A stretch of DNA of 64,000 nt from NCBI GenBank assembly GCA_951804945.1, contig OX638156.1:35464001-35528000 (forward strand). Direction: 5' to 3'. Both the position numbers and the translations under genes were made by a program. This document shows, one piece after another, positions 35,632 to 48,113 of the stretch (the stretch's first letter is position 1; the number at the start of each line of letters is the position of its first letter). The notes below the pieces were generated by a model. The model saw nothing but the letters and a program-made list of their open reading frames with translations. It did no database searches and was not told the origin of the DNA. The DNA is from Podarcis cretensis (Eukaryota).

Positions 35632-35767
35632 CAGGCATCCCCAAACTCGGACCTCCAGATGTTTTGGGACTACAACTCCCATCACCCCTAGCTAGCAGGA
35701 CCAGTGGTCAGGGATGATGGGAATTGTAGTCCCAAAACATCTGGTGGGCCAAGTTTGGGGATGCCTG
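35632..35767. mobile_element. Palindromic hAT MITE
   Basis: TIRs caggcatccccaaact / agtttggggatgcctg; TSD atctagtg / atctagta. Confidence 0.88.
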
Positions 35768-35790
35768 ATCTAGTACAAGGCAAAGGGATA

Positions 35791-35827
<37 letters not shown>

Positions 35828-36018
35828 ATAATTATAAATGACACATGAAAAGCCCCATCAGGCTTTAGTATTCTTGTGCACATACAAACATCAAACACAA
35901 CCCCCTCCCACCTAGGGTGCAGAGCTGCACAACAGATGCAGAGGAGAAAGCAGAGCATAGCACACCAAGACTCAAGAAAGCAAGCCTAGCTGTAGACACC
36001 AGGAAAAGCGGTGCTGAC

Positions 36019-36980
36019 CAATTTGGCTCTTTGATGCTGGGACCTTCCATATATGCCTTTCTTTGATCACCGATGGATGTGGAACAGGATGATGCAGCTT
36101 CTTCATGCAAGCCAGCAGAATCCAAATCTCCTTCAACCTCTTGAGGTAGGCTGTTTGCACTCTCTTCTCCTAGGTCATTTTGATTTAGGGAAGCCGGTTC
36201 CTTGCAGGGCCCTTCAGCTCTCTCAGGTTTTGCCATGAGCTGTCTCACTCTTTCCGAGTTATCGTCTACCACTGCCTGAGCAGCTTCTTTATCCAATATC
36301 CCAGACACATTGTCATCTTTTTGCAGATTCAAGGCAGCTGTTGCAACTGGCACAGCTTCTGGAAGAACAGAACTGTTTGAATCCAAACCAAATCCAGCTT
36401 GGTTTTGAGACCCTGTGCTCAAGTCACTCCCACTTTCTTCTGGACTTTCAGAGTCATTTCTGCAAGCACTTGAACAGACTAAAGGGTCAGCTGGAGACAG
36501 TGGCTCTGTTTTTCTAGACTCTAGATCTAGAGTACCAGAAGGTTTAGAAGATCCTAATGAACAAAAAATTCTAACATGTTCTGCATCTGGTTCAAATGCT
36601 ACGGAATTCGAGGTCTCCGAGCAGCGTGGTTGACTATCTGACAAAAGTTCATCTTCAGCTTCAGAAGTGAGTCCAGTGGAAAAGTCTGAGAGCTCCCCAT
36701 CTGAAGGATCCAGTAAGCTGTCATCTAGTATGTCATCTGTGTTGCTATTATCAGGCTGTCCATTGGTGGTCACAGAACACACTGCAGAAACTGCTATTCC
36801 ATTGCTTGATGAGGAAGGATCTGCAAGTGCACCAAAAGGCAAGCAGGAGAGTTTGTGTCTCTTTGTGTCTGGTTGCTCCTCCTCTTGAAAATCTTCGAAG
36901 GACCGCTTGCTCCTGGAAACTAAATCATTTAAGAAAGTGACTTTTAGATTTAAACGGGAGCGGAAAGTGCTACTTGCCAT
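36019..36980 (-). CDS. S100PBP: S100PBP large first coding exon
   Basis: Acidic/Ser-rich ORF with DILDDSLLDPSDGE (mammalian DGLDDSLLELSEGE); strong Kozak ATCATGG; acceptor candidates 37120 or 37052; donor TTG|gtcagc at 36019 chosen because it is phase 2 (uncertain); synteny with YARS1 and FNDC5. Confidence 0.8.
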
Positions 36981-38109
36981 GATGCTGTTTGCACTGATTC
37001 TTTCTTTCTTTCCTTTTTAAAAGTAACCCTTTGCTACCATGTTCACTCCAGACTAGAAGAAGCCAAGCAAGGGAAATCTATACTCAAGGCTTCCCTTCAG
37101 CCAAAGTGGTTCTCAGTTGCCTGTAAGAAAGAACAGGACAAAATAGAAGCTAGTTGAAGAAATCTCATGCTCTCCTTCCCCTGCAACTGCATCTGTGCTA
37201 GAAGAAATCTACTCCACTGCAATTGCTCTTCTCCTCTGAAGACTACACTACCTAACAAATGTCTCACTCAGATTCATTACAGCTGTTCTAATAAAACATT
37301 ATTTAACTCACATACAAATAAGAAAAGCTGACTAAAAAATGAAACAAAGAATTTTTCATAGAGATAGTTAAATGGTATTTTTTTTTCTTACACATACTCC
37401 AAAGTTTACATTTTATAAATGTAAATTTAAGAGCCAACATGGGCCAGTGCTAAAGAGTTGGAGATGCTAGATCAGAGATGAGTTCAAAAAGAACTCTATT
37501 TTACAATCACCTGTAAATAGGAATACTAGTTATCTACCTTTACATGGTTCTTTGAACCCTTTGCAAAATTAAGGTTTCAGCTTTAAGTACATTTATTTGA
37601 AAGCAAGTGTTACTGCTCTCTATGAGGATTGCTTCCAAGTGAGGCAAAAAAACATTGTAAGCAACTGATCAGTCACCTTGCTCTTCCCCACTCCTGCATT
37701 ATTGAGATCTAAGATACAGCTCACATCCAAACACGATTATATCGGAATTCTGGCTTGTGATTTGTTTGGAACTACTAAACCAATGTTCAGACACAACCCT
37801 AGTAGCTCCCAGTAGCACTGCAGGTGCAAGGAGGAGCAATGTTGCCTCATTTGTCTCCCTGTGCACTTGCAGACTGCATATTCACTTTTGTTTTAATACC
37901 TGATGTTAGCAGCCCTGAGCCCAGTCTTGGCCAGGGAGAGGGGGGTATAAATAAATTTTTTTATTATTATTAATTTATTATTATTAAAGTGCAAACAAGG
38001 CCACTGTCCAATAACAATCAAGTATTTTTAAAACATTAAATTGGAACAAGAAGAAAATTCAGTCACTTTCAGATTTGATACTTTTACAGTTTACAAACAC
38101 ACCAAGATA

Positions 38110-38368
38110 CCGTATTTTTTGCTCTATAAGACTCACTTTTTCCCTCCTAAAAAGTAAGGGGAAATGTGTGTGCGTCTTATGGAGCAAATGCAGGCTGCGC
38201 AGCTATCCCAGAAGCCAGAACAGCAAGAGGGATTGCTGCTTTCACTGCGCAGCGATCCTTCTTGCTGTTCTGGCTTCTGAGATTCAGAATATTTTTTTTC
38301 TTGTTTTCCTTCTCCAAAAACTAGGTGCGTCTTGTGGTCTGGTGCATCTTATAGAGCGACAAATACGG
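38110..38368. mobile_element. Tc2/pogo-like MITE
   Basis: TIRs ccgtattttttgctctataaga / tcttatagagcgacaaatacgg; TA on both sides. Confidence 0.82.
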
Positions 38369-38774
38369 TAACTTTTAACTTTGTTACAAAGGAACAGAGG
38401 AACCTGCCTTAAATGACCAGTTCAGCCAGTTTGTCCCTCAAGCTCAGTATTGTTTACTCTGGCTGGCAGAGACTCTCTAGGGAAGTCTACTTTGAGATTT
38501 AAAGTTTCCACAGCATGTACCAGGAAATCTGCACCTCACCAGCTTATGAACAAATGAGCTACTGTTACACTAATCTTTCATGTTACTTTGTATCTGTGGG
38601 CAAAACAAGATAGCAACTCTAGACTAAAATGAAGATGTGCTTTAGAATTCATTAAAGCCTGTTGGGGCAACACAACTCTGCTGAATTCTGCTATTTAGGT
38701 GATGGGAAATGACCATAATTCAGTGATAGAGCACCACCCCTTTTCTCAGCCTGGCACAGGGACCCCTTAAGGGG

Positions 38775-39170
38775 AGATGGAGCAAGCTTGTCTTCTGCTG
38801 CTCCAGAAGGCAGGACCCGAACCAACTGATTCTAATTGCAAGAAAGGAGATTCTGACTAAACGCTAAGAACTCGCGGATGGTAACAGCTGCTTGACATTG
38901 GAATGGACTGCCTGGGAAGCTGGTGGGTTTTCCTTCAATGGAGGTTTTTAAGCAGAGGTTGGGTGGCCATCCTTGCTGAGGGTTGGACTAGATCAGTGTT
39001 TCCCAACCTTGTGCCTCCAGCTGTTTTTGGACTACAATTCCCATCATCCCTTGCCACTGGTCTTGCTAGTCAGGGATGATGGGAGTTATAGTTCAAAAAC
39101 AGCTGGAGGCACAAGGTGAAACACTGGAGTAGATGACCCTTGAGACCCCTGCCAACTCTACAGATCTATG
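38775..39170 (+). mobile_element. CR1 LINE 3' fragment interrupted by a hAT MITE
   Basis: CR1-like ttccttcaatggaggtttttaagcagaggttggg...gggttggactagat[MITE]gacccttgagacccctgccaactct. Confidence 0.75.
38994..39126. mobile_element. Palindromic hAT MITE nested in CR1
   Basis: TIRs cagtgtttc / gaaacactg; TSD gactagat / gagtagat. Confidence 0.85.
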
Positions 39171-39638
39171 GCCCTTTGTGGAGAGGGTGCAGCACCTGGA
39201 AAGACGGGCTAGGGGATAATTGGGGCGGCCGCCTTAGGCACACCAGAAGCGAATCACGTCCTGGGCTACAAAAACAAACCCAACTCCTGCCTCGTTTTTT
39301 GCAGTTTCTGCAAAGCGAGGGAGTCTCCCCGCCTCCCTTCCTCGGTGCCTCCCCGCCCCTGCTCCCCACTACGGGTCTCCCCTGCACTTGGCCAGGCCGC
39401 CTCGAACCTCCTTCCTTTCCCAGAGCAGTGGCTCAGAGCGCCTCCTTGCACCGCAAGTGCAGCGGGGAGGGAGCGGAAGCCCAGACCAGCCCCCTCCCCA
39501 CTTAGTCCGCCCCCTCAAACCTTCCCAAAAGAAGAGGTCTGCATTCTACAACGTCACCCCCCAGCGGGGCCCCCTTTATTCCCGGTGAGAGGAGGGCGGC
39601 GGCGGCGGCGGAGGGAAAGAGCTGCTTCCCACACTCAC

Positions 39639-39720
39639 CCGCCGCCATCTTGACTTCCCGCAATGAGCCGGATGCGGCGCCTAAGCTCCCTGCCGTCGCT
39701 TCTCCGCCTCCTCTACTTTG
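39639..39720 (-). other. S100PBP: S100PBP putative non-coding exon 1 (5' end approximate)
   Basis: Minus strand CAAGATGGCGGCGG|gtgagt strong donor inside CpG island. Confidence 0.7.
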
Positions 39721-39859
39721 CACAAGGCTTCAAGGTCGCCGGCCGATTCATCCACCGGCCGCTCTTTCAAGCCCACTCGGAATGAGTCGAGTGAGCCAAA
39801 GGCGCAGCCGCAGTGGAAGCCCCGCCCCCTCCCTTCCAGTCTCGGGGCGGGGAAGAGGC

Positions 39860-39952
39860 CACCAGGCTGGCAAGCAGAGCGCCGAGAGCGAGGAAGCTGA
39901 TGCAACGCGGAGGCAGACCCCGGCTGGCGTGTGTCAGAGAGAGATAGGAAAG
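39860..39952 (+). other. YARS1: YARS1 putative non-coding exon 1 (5' end approximate)
   Basis: Donor GGAAAG|gtgagg in CpG island; ATG exon at 40978 has its own acceptor tttttccaatttcag. Confidence 0.65.
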
Positions 39953-41009
39953 GTGAGGGAGCGGAGGTAGGGAGGGGGGCATTGGGAGCCCCCCGGTGCC
40001 CAAGGAGGGGTAGGTGGGGGGAGGGGAGATAACGAGGGATGGCGTGGAAGGCCCCGAGTTAGTATATGGGACTCGCTGCCACCATATGGGCTGATGACTC
40101 TTTGAAGGGGATTTGAAGCGGGGTGGGGTGGGGGGGGGGACCCAGGGCCTGATTTTGCTGCTTCTTTTTCCATCTCCCTCCTCAGTTCTTTTTCCTTTCT
40201 TTCCGTTTCGTTCAGATTGCAACCCAGGGGTTAGGGCCTGCTAGCTGCCCTGAGAGACTTTTTTTTCTTTAGAGGAGAGCGGGATAAAAGCACTGCTTTA
40301 CATAATAGAGGTGATACTAATAATAAATCAGACAAATTCATGGATGAGGGTGGCAAATGATCGTGGCATTTTCAGTTGCTTTAATCGTAAATCACCTTGA
40401 GACTGATCGGGATCTATCTATAGGCTTAATTGACGCTTTCAAAGAACTCTTAATAGATTCCCGAAATAGACTTACCCTTGCAGTAGCCATTCTGTTTTTG
40501 CTGGGTAATTTTATATTCAACAGTACTTTCTACCAGTGAGCCCAGAACGGAAATTTAACTAACTGGCCTGTCATTTCCAGGATCCCCCACCTTGTTTGTT
40601 TTTGGTTGTTGTTTTTTAAGCGTATTTGATTCAAGTGGGGATCAGCAGCCTCTGCTTTACACAGGCAATATGTATGAATTCCTAGGGATTCTCTTTTACC
40701 AAGACCACCCCATTAAATAGGGGGGGGGGGACCATGCACAAAGAGGCTTCTGGTTCAGCTGTTATGTGGTGCTTTCTGATTCCCTTCTCCTGCCTTGAGG
40801 GGACATGAAATTGTATCAGACTCTGCTGGCTTGTTCTCTTCCCCTAACCTTCTGCCATTGGGAGAGGAGAAATTTGGCTTGTGTTGGGAATGCCTGGTGA
40901 GGAAGCTGGAGACCTCCTTGATGCTTACTCCTGTTTTTCTTTGATTGCCTAACATGCATTTCTTTTTCCAATTTCAGCTCATAAGGGTGGGTGAGCAACT
41001 GCTGGCACA

Positions 41010-41066
41010 ATGGGGCATGAACTGACAGCACAGGAGAAGTATCACTTGATCACCCGAAATTTGCAG
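41010..41066 (+). CDS. YARS1: YARS1 cytoplasmic tyrosyl-tRNA synthetase coding exon 1
   Basis: MGHELTAQEKYHLITRNLQ; Kozak ACAATGG; donor CAG|gtactt. Confidence 0.93.
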
Positions 41067-41434
41067 GTACTTCTGTAGGAATGGTTGAAAATGAGGCTTT
41101 TTAAAAAATATTCCACATATGGGTGCAAAAGTAGTTTGAATAAGCATCAAAGGTTTGCCCCACTCTGTTCTTCAAAATAAGTTTTTTATTACACCCCCCC
41201 CCCCAATTATTTTCTTTTGTTATAAATAAACGTAAGGATTGGGAACATTTCCTTCCTGAAATAAGCCTTTTTCCACCCCAAATTATTCACACTGGGAGCC
41301 TCTCCCGTATGAAATGCCCTAGCCTCATATCTGGATGGAATTTCTCTGGGCAGAGAATTAGAAATTTCAAAACTTGAGTGCAGTTTGTGTGAAAACAAAG
41401 CTTTGGGCTGGGCACAACACTAAGATTTCTAGGG

Positions 41435-41570
41435 CAGTGTTTCCCAACCTTGGGCCTCCAGCTGTTTTTGAACTACAATTCCCATCATCCCAGACCACTG
41501 GTCTTGCTAGCTAGGGATGATGGGAGTTGTAGGCCAAAAACATCTGGAGGCCCAAGGTTGGGAAACACTG
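41435..41570. mobile_element. Palindromic hAT MITE
   Basis: TIRs cagtgtttcccaaccttgggcctccag; perfect 8-bp TSD ttctaggg. Confidence 0.92.
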
Positions 41571-41831
41571 TTCTAGGGGACAGTCTTCTGGTGCTTGTTG
41601 CCTCCCCATTGGCACACTAGGCATATACAAATACAAAGCTATATCTGAGTTACTACAAATAAGGAATTCTGACAGCTGTGTGGGCTGGAGGACTTTTTGC
41701 TGTTGATAAAGGGGTCTGAATCCCATAGAATATCATCCAGCCATCTTTGAGTAGATCTTGATCTGCCACAGTACCTTATTCCTAATCTGGATTTTTTACA
41801 TTGTACCTTGTTGACTCATATGTCTGGTAAC

Positions 41832-42098
41832 TAAGGCTGAGCAATATCTGGTTTTCAGCATCATGATATATCACTAGCTAAACATCGCAATATACTGATA
41901 TATCACGATTTCTGAAATCAGGATGGAGCTATGTAGAGGCATTGGTTGGCTTCATGGCTTCTCCCACATTGTGATTTTTTGCATAGCACACACATCATGA
42001 TTCATGATATATTGTCAGATCAAAAATTATGAAACCGATACCACAATATGGACTTCAATCCAGTTTGGGACAATATATTGATATATCACCCAGCTCTA
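41832..42098. mobile_element. Non-autonomous hAT element
   Basis: Degenerate TIRs taaggctgagcaata / tatcacccagctcta; perfect 8-bp TSD ctggtaac; gatatatc repeats. Confidence 0.8.
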
Positions 42099-42900
42099 CT
42101 GGTAACCTGAAAATTCTGGATGATTCATAGGTCCCATGTACAAATAAGGTTTTCCAGCAAATCACAGAAGTGCTTGTCTACACTAGAAGAACTGGGTTAT
42201 TAATATCTTACTCCAGTCTTTGAAACATGTATGGTAATGAGGATTAGAAACCAGATGTCTTAACTGTTTCCTGTGGTTGTGGAGCTGGGTTGCTGTTTGA
42301 CCTTGGTTTATTGCTTTTTCACTTGGGTTTGCCACTTGTGATGGTATCTCATGAGGTTTTAATGTGTTAGCAATAGGGCTTTCCCTGCAATTTGCACTGC
42401 TACATGTCTGCTCAATCTGAGCATTAAAAGAAAGAGAGGAATGCAGAACAGGTAATGGGAAAAGCCTGTCATTTTGTTAGGATCATCTGTAGAAGCAAGC
42501 TGTTGAGTCACACAAGACTCACTTTGTAACTCCTAATTGAAAGGACAAACATTACCCAACCATAACTGCAAACTTTCCTCTACTATAATGGATGACTCCC
42601 ATATTTAAATCACTCATTGCCCAAAGCAATGCACCTGCCTCTCCTGAGAGCAAGTGATTGAATGACTGTGATACGCCCAATGTAGTGTTGGGGGCAGGAT
42701 TATCTGTCCCCAGTAGAGGCTCATTGGAAGAGGCAGTGTCAGAGAATAAGCCATGCCTACTCTATTAGTGGATCTTTTGGGCTCTCAAGAGACTTTAATT
42801 ATTTATGTTTCATGCTCTGCACTTTGAGAATTGCTGATCTAGTGCTTTACCTGCCCCCTATTGTTCAATATGATTTTATATTTTTCTACTGTGGGTGTTA

Positions 42901-43125
42901 CAGTGGTACCTCTGGTTACATACGCTTCAGGTTACAGACTCCGCTAACCCAGAAATAATACCTCGGTTAAGAACTTTGCTTCAGGGTGAGAACAGAAATT
43001 GGGCGGCGGCAGCACAGCAGCAGTGGGAGGCCTCATTAGCTAAAGTGGTGCTTCAGGTCAAGAACAGTTTCAGGTTAAGAGCAGACCTCCAGAACGAATT
43101 AAGTACGTAACCAGAGGTACCACTG
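42901..43125. mobile_element. Tc1/mariner (Tigger-like) MITE
   Basis: TIRs cagtggtacctctggttac / gtaaccagaggtaccactg; TA TSD. Confidence 0.9.
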
Positions 43126-43341
43126 TATATTGATGTTTTGAGTTATTCTGGTTTTAATATATATCATTTATTATATTTTGTAAACCACCCTAGAATCTGA
43201 TAATAAAAGGTGGAATATAAATGTTTTAAATAAAAATATATCCCCTTGCATCGCAGGGTTTTGGCTTCCCTAGCTCTCCCTTCTCGCTTGCTTCTTGCTT
43301 TTCCAGCTGAGATGCTGAACACATCTCTCGTTTGCTTGCAG

Positions 43342-43488
43342 GAAGTTCTCGGAGAGGATAAGCTGAAGGCCATCTTAAAAGAACGGGAGGTGAAGATATA
43401 CTGGGGGACAGCAACGACGGGCAAGCCTCATATAGCCTATTTTGTACCCATGACCAAAATAGCGGACTTCCTCAAGGCTGGATGTGAG
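43342..43488 (+). CDS. YARS1: YARS1 coding exon 2 (HIGH-equivalent HIAY)
   Basis: [49 protein letters not shown]; AG/GT; 147 bp. Confidence 0.98.
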
Positions 43489-43751
43489 GTGAGACTGGGC
43501 TCTGCTTTAGATTTGGTCTGTTGGCTGCTTTCAAGTAGTAATGGGGCAGTCATCCCTAGTGGGGAGGATCTGCTGCCTTTCAAAGACCTCTGGAAGGCAA
43601 TTTTCCCCTGAACGCCATTCATGCCTTCTCCAACCTGGCACCCAGCCAGCATGGCTGAATTATGTTGGGGTTGATGGGAGTTGTAGTCCAAAGTATTTAG
43701 ACAGTTCAGGATTGGGGATGGTTGATCTAGGTGTGCAGGCATTGGGTCTGA

Positions 43752-44015
<264 letters not shown>

Positions 44016-44649
44016 TAAGTTTCTCTTGAGGCAGTGTGGAGCTGCAGAACAACAAATGGGAACTTCCTTGGTCAGAGGGATTAGCATCCGTAAGAACTCC
44101 GCAGGTGGTTTTAAAGTTTTCACTTAGAAAAGTTCCTAAACCTGCTAAGGTTTAATTGGATGCCAGTTGGATGATTTGGAAGGGGAGATTTGCCAGAGTC
44201 CCATAGGTGGCTTAGGAGAAACTGAGGGTGCCGCACATTCTCTTTTAAAATGCCACATGTCTGCTGATTCTCTGAACTCATCAAGAGAGGCCCCGCTGCA
44301 TATCCCACCACTATGTGGGGCTTATTTGGTGCCTTCTCTGTTGTGCTGTCTAGGATTAGGAATGCCTTCCCCAAGAAATACTCCATCTTGATATTTAGCT
44401 CTAGACTGAATATTTTATTTGTCTGGCAGTCCTTTGGCCAATTTAATGTTGGGATTTGGATGTAAAGCATTGGGCTTGTGTGGTCCCCACTCCTCTGGCA
44501 CAGCCGCAAGGTGAAGATGGAGAGCTTTTGCTTCAGTTTTCAACTAACTGCCATAGTTAAGGCTAACCACAGTCTGACTGGGTTCAGGCATAAACTGTTC
44601 AGGTTAGTTAAAACAAAATGAGATTGTGGAAGCTCCCAAAGGGCCTCTG

Positions 44650-45400
44650 CATACTGAGTGAATGGGCAGCAGAACGTCCAATGCAGTTCAGTGCAAACTG
44701 GAGTAAAGTGATACACATTGGGGCAAAGAAATATTCATTTCATGTATGACTCATGATGCCAACCCAGCTGTGAAAAAGCTGTGAAATTCCATTCTAGGGA
44801 TCATTATGAAGGGAACTGAAAACAAAACTGCCAATAGCATAATGCAATTATACAGATCAACGGTGTGGCCACATTTGGAATAATGTGTACCGTTCTCATT
44901 GTCTCACCTCATAAAGGATATTCTAGGGTTAGAAAACTTTCAGAAAATAATCAGGGTGACTCCCCTGTGAAGAAAAGTTGTGCCAGTAAAAGGAGACGGC
45001 ATAGAGACATATAAAATTATGCATAAACGAGAGAGATGCATAGAGATTCCCCCCCCCCATCTCCACAGGGTGGGTAGAGGAGAGACAGAGACCAGATTCT
45101 CTCCCACAAGAGGCAGTCAGAGCTACCAACTTGATTAGTTTTAGGAAAGGACTGGACACATTCATGGAGGAGAAGACTGTCAGTGACTACTAACCCTGAT
45201 GGCTGTGTTCTGCCCCCACTGTCGGAGGCAGCATGCCCCCTGAATGCCAGTTGCTGGGAAACATACACAGTGTTGCTGTGCTAGGTCCCTCTTCTGGGCT
45301 CCCCACTGGGGCCTCTGTCTGGCCACTGTGAGAACAGGAAGCTGGACTAGATGGGCCCCCTTCATCCTGATCCAGCAGCCAACCTCATATTATGTCCTTA
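44650..45400 (+). mobile_element. Degenerate CR1 LINE fragments (RT region and 3' UTR)
   Basis: aaagtgatacacattggggcaaa, gtgtggccacatttggaataatgtgtac, ggactggacacattcatggagga, gctggactagatgggcc. Confidence 0.7.
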
Positions 45401-45440
45401 ACATTACATCTGATCCACCTGCAAGTGGTAAGGCTCCTAA

Positions 45441-45644
<204 letters not shown>

Positions 45645-45713
45645 TAACGTCATCATGGAGGAGGCGGGGGGAAGAGATGTGGGCTTCTTTTGCTCTTGGC
45701 TAACATAGCTCAA

Positions 45714-46023
45714 GGGACATGGGTGACGCTGTGGGTTAAACCACAGAGCCTAGGGCTTGCCAATCAGAAGGTCGGCAGTTTGAATCCCTGTGATGGGGTG
45801 AGCCCCCGTTGCTCAGTCCCTGCTCCTGCAAACCTATGAGTTTGAAAGCACATTGAAGTGCAAGTAGATAAATAGGTACCGCTCCGGCGGGAAGGTAAAT
45901 GGCGTTTCCGTGTGCTGCTCTGGTTTGCCAGAAGCGGCTTAGTCATGCTGGCCACATGGCCCAGAAGCTGTACGCCGGCTCCCTCGGTCAATAAAGTGAG
46001 ATGAGCGCCACAACCCCAAAGTC
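45714..46023 (+). mobile_element. Sauria SINE (3'-truncated)
   Basis: gggacatgggtgacgctgtgggttaaaccacagagcctaggg..., same family as 16297-16641. Confidence 0.9.
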
Positions 46024-46820
46024 ATCCTGAAGCACGTGAAATATAGTGGTACCCACTTAGGGTGAAACAAGGATCAGACAGACACAGCAATTTGGAAAAA
46101 AAGAAGGTGAGCAATAATGGACCCAGTTGGAATCCTTTCCAAAAGACTGGGACCCCGAAGCATACAAGTCCTGAGGTTATATACTTGAGCAAATCACAGA
46201 TCATGAGACAATCATGAGACAGTCACGAACGCCAGCAAAAAATAACCAATAGCGTGCATCTCCCATGCTCCTGGCCCTATGCAGAGTTCACTCCCCAACT
46301 TCTGCTTTCCATTGTCTTGTACAATGATTTACAGTCTGACCTTTTCCCTACTTCTGACAGAACAAGAAAATGAGACTCAGGGAGAGAATCTCCTGGCGCT
46401 ACCTCCCCCTATGCATTCTGCTTCATGTAGGGAGTTTTTGTGGTTTGGCCCTTCCTGTTTCGTGGACCATTTTGGCCTGGATTTGAGGGGGAGATTTGTA
46501 CCAGTGCCTTCTGATTCATGGCTTCCCTTTTCCTCTAGGGTGCAAGGATGTTACTAGGTAAAAGGTCGGTTCTGGACTTGCGGTTCCAAGCAGTTTGCAG
46601 TTAGCTTAGGCAAAAGCTTTTCTTGATTCAAATGGATTTATAAAATTACTGTAAGCCCTGTTATGTGTGAGCATATGTGAATATATTGATTACTGATAAC
46701 TGATTATATGAATAGCATAAGGGTAGCCCCCCTTTTCTTGCTTTAGTCCACGACTGGACCTAAGGGGTCCCTTTACCTACCATAGCTCAGAATGAATATC
46801 CTCACATGCCCAAGGCCATA

Positions 46821-47056
46821 CAGTGGTACCTTGGTTTATGAACTTAATCCATTCCAGAAGTCTGTTCTTAAACCAAGGCGTGCTTTCCCGTAGCAGTGCG
46901 GGACTCAATTTACAAATGGAACACACTCAACAGGAAGCGAAACATGTTCTGCTTCCATGGTAAAGTTCACAAACCAAAACACCTACTTCCGGGTTTGCAG
47001 CATTCATAATCCAAGTTGTTCATAAACTAAGCTGTTCTTAAACCAAGATACCACTG
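46821..47056. mobile_element. Tc1/mariner (Tigger-like) MITE, second family
   Basis: TIRs cagtggtaccttggttta / taaaccaagataccactg; TA TSD. Confidence 0.85.
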
Positions 47057-47331
47057 TATGTGTGTTTCCATAAGTTGTACTATTCTTCCACTTATGAAAA
47101 GGGGTGGGGAGGAAGAAAGTAAAAGATCCAGTAAGTATGGATGGTTCTATTTGTGGAGATGCCATGCCTCATGAAGGTTGGGGTGCACCTGTTTGGTGGC
47201 AGGTATTTTTATGAACATAGTTCTGAAGTCTCTTGCTATGTGAAGTATCAATTTGCCAAGATCAATATGCTTCAGGACCAGACTAGTAGAGGACCTAAGA
47301 GGATCCCAGGTGCTTGCTTCACTCACCCTGA

Positions 47332-47676
<345 letters not shown>

Positions 47677-48005
47677 TGAAGGCCCCTGGATGGTTCAGCT
47701 AGCTAAACCTGTGTTCCCTTTGATCACATGCTGCGCCCCCAGGGTAAGCTAGGTGTGGATATTTTGGGTCTTGAGGTGGAAAATGCAAAAGGCACCTCCT
47801 TTCTCTCCCTGTTTCCCCCTGGCTGGTTAACATGTGGGCAGAACCTACTAGGATATGGAAAACGTGTTGTGTAAGAACACAGTGTAAACTGCAGTCCACA
47901 GAGAAGGTATTGGGTTTCAGGGAGGCAGATAATACACTTGAACATCCCACTTTCCCTCCATCTTCAGCCTTTGTTTTAAATCCCTGAATGTTTGTTTCTC
48001 TCTAG

Positions 48006-48113
<108 letters not shown>

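Larger units (their letters stand above)
39220..40140. promoter_or_regulatory. CpG-island bidirectional promoter of S100PBP (-) and YARS1 (+)
   Basis: High GC/CpG; GC boxes at 39821-39830 and 39844-39852; YY1 motif GCCGCCATCTT 39641-39651; ETS-like CCGGATG; divergent donors at 39639 (-) and 39952 (+). Confidence 0.88.

Noticed and set aside
35865-36018. Hydrophobic C-terminal end of the 371-aa ORF as a TM segment
   Set aside because: Most likely intron read-through; conserved S100PBP C-terminal exons lie downstream
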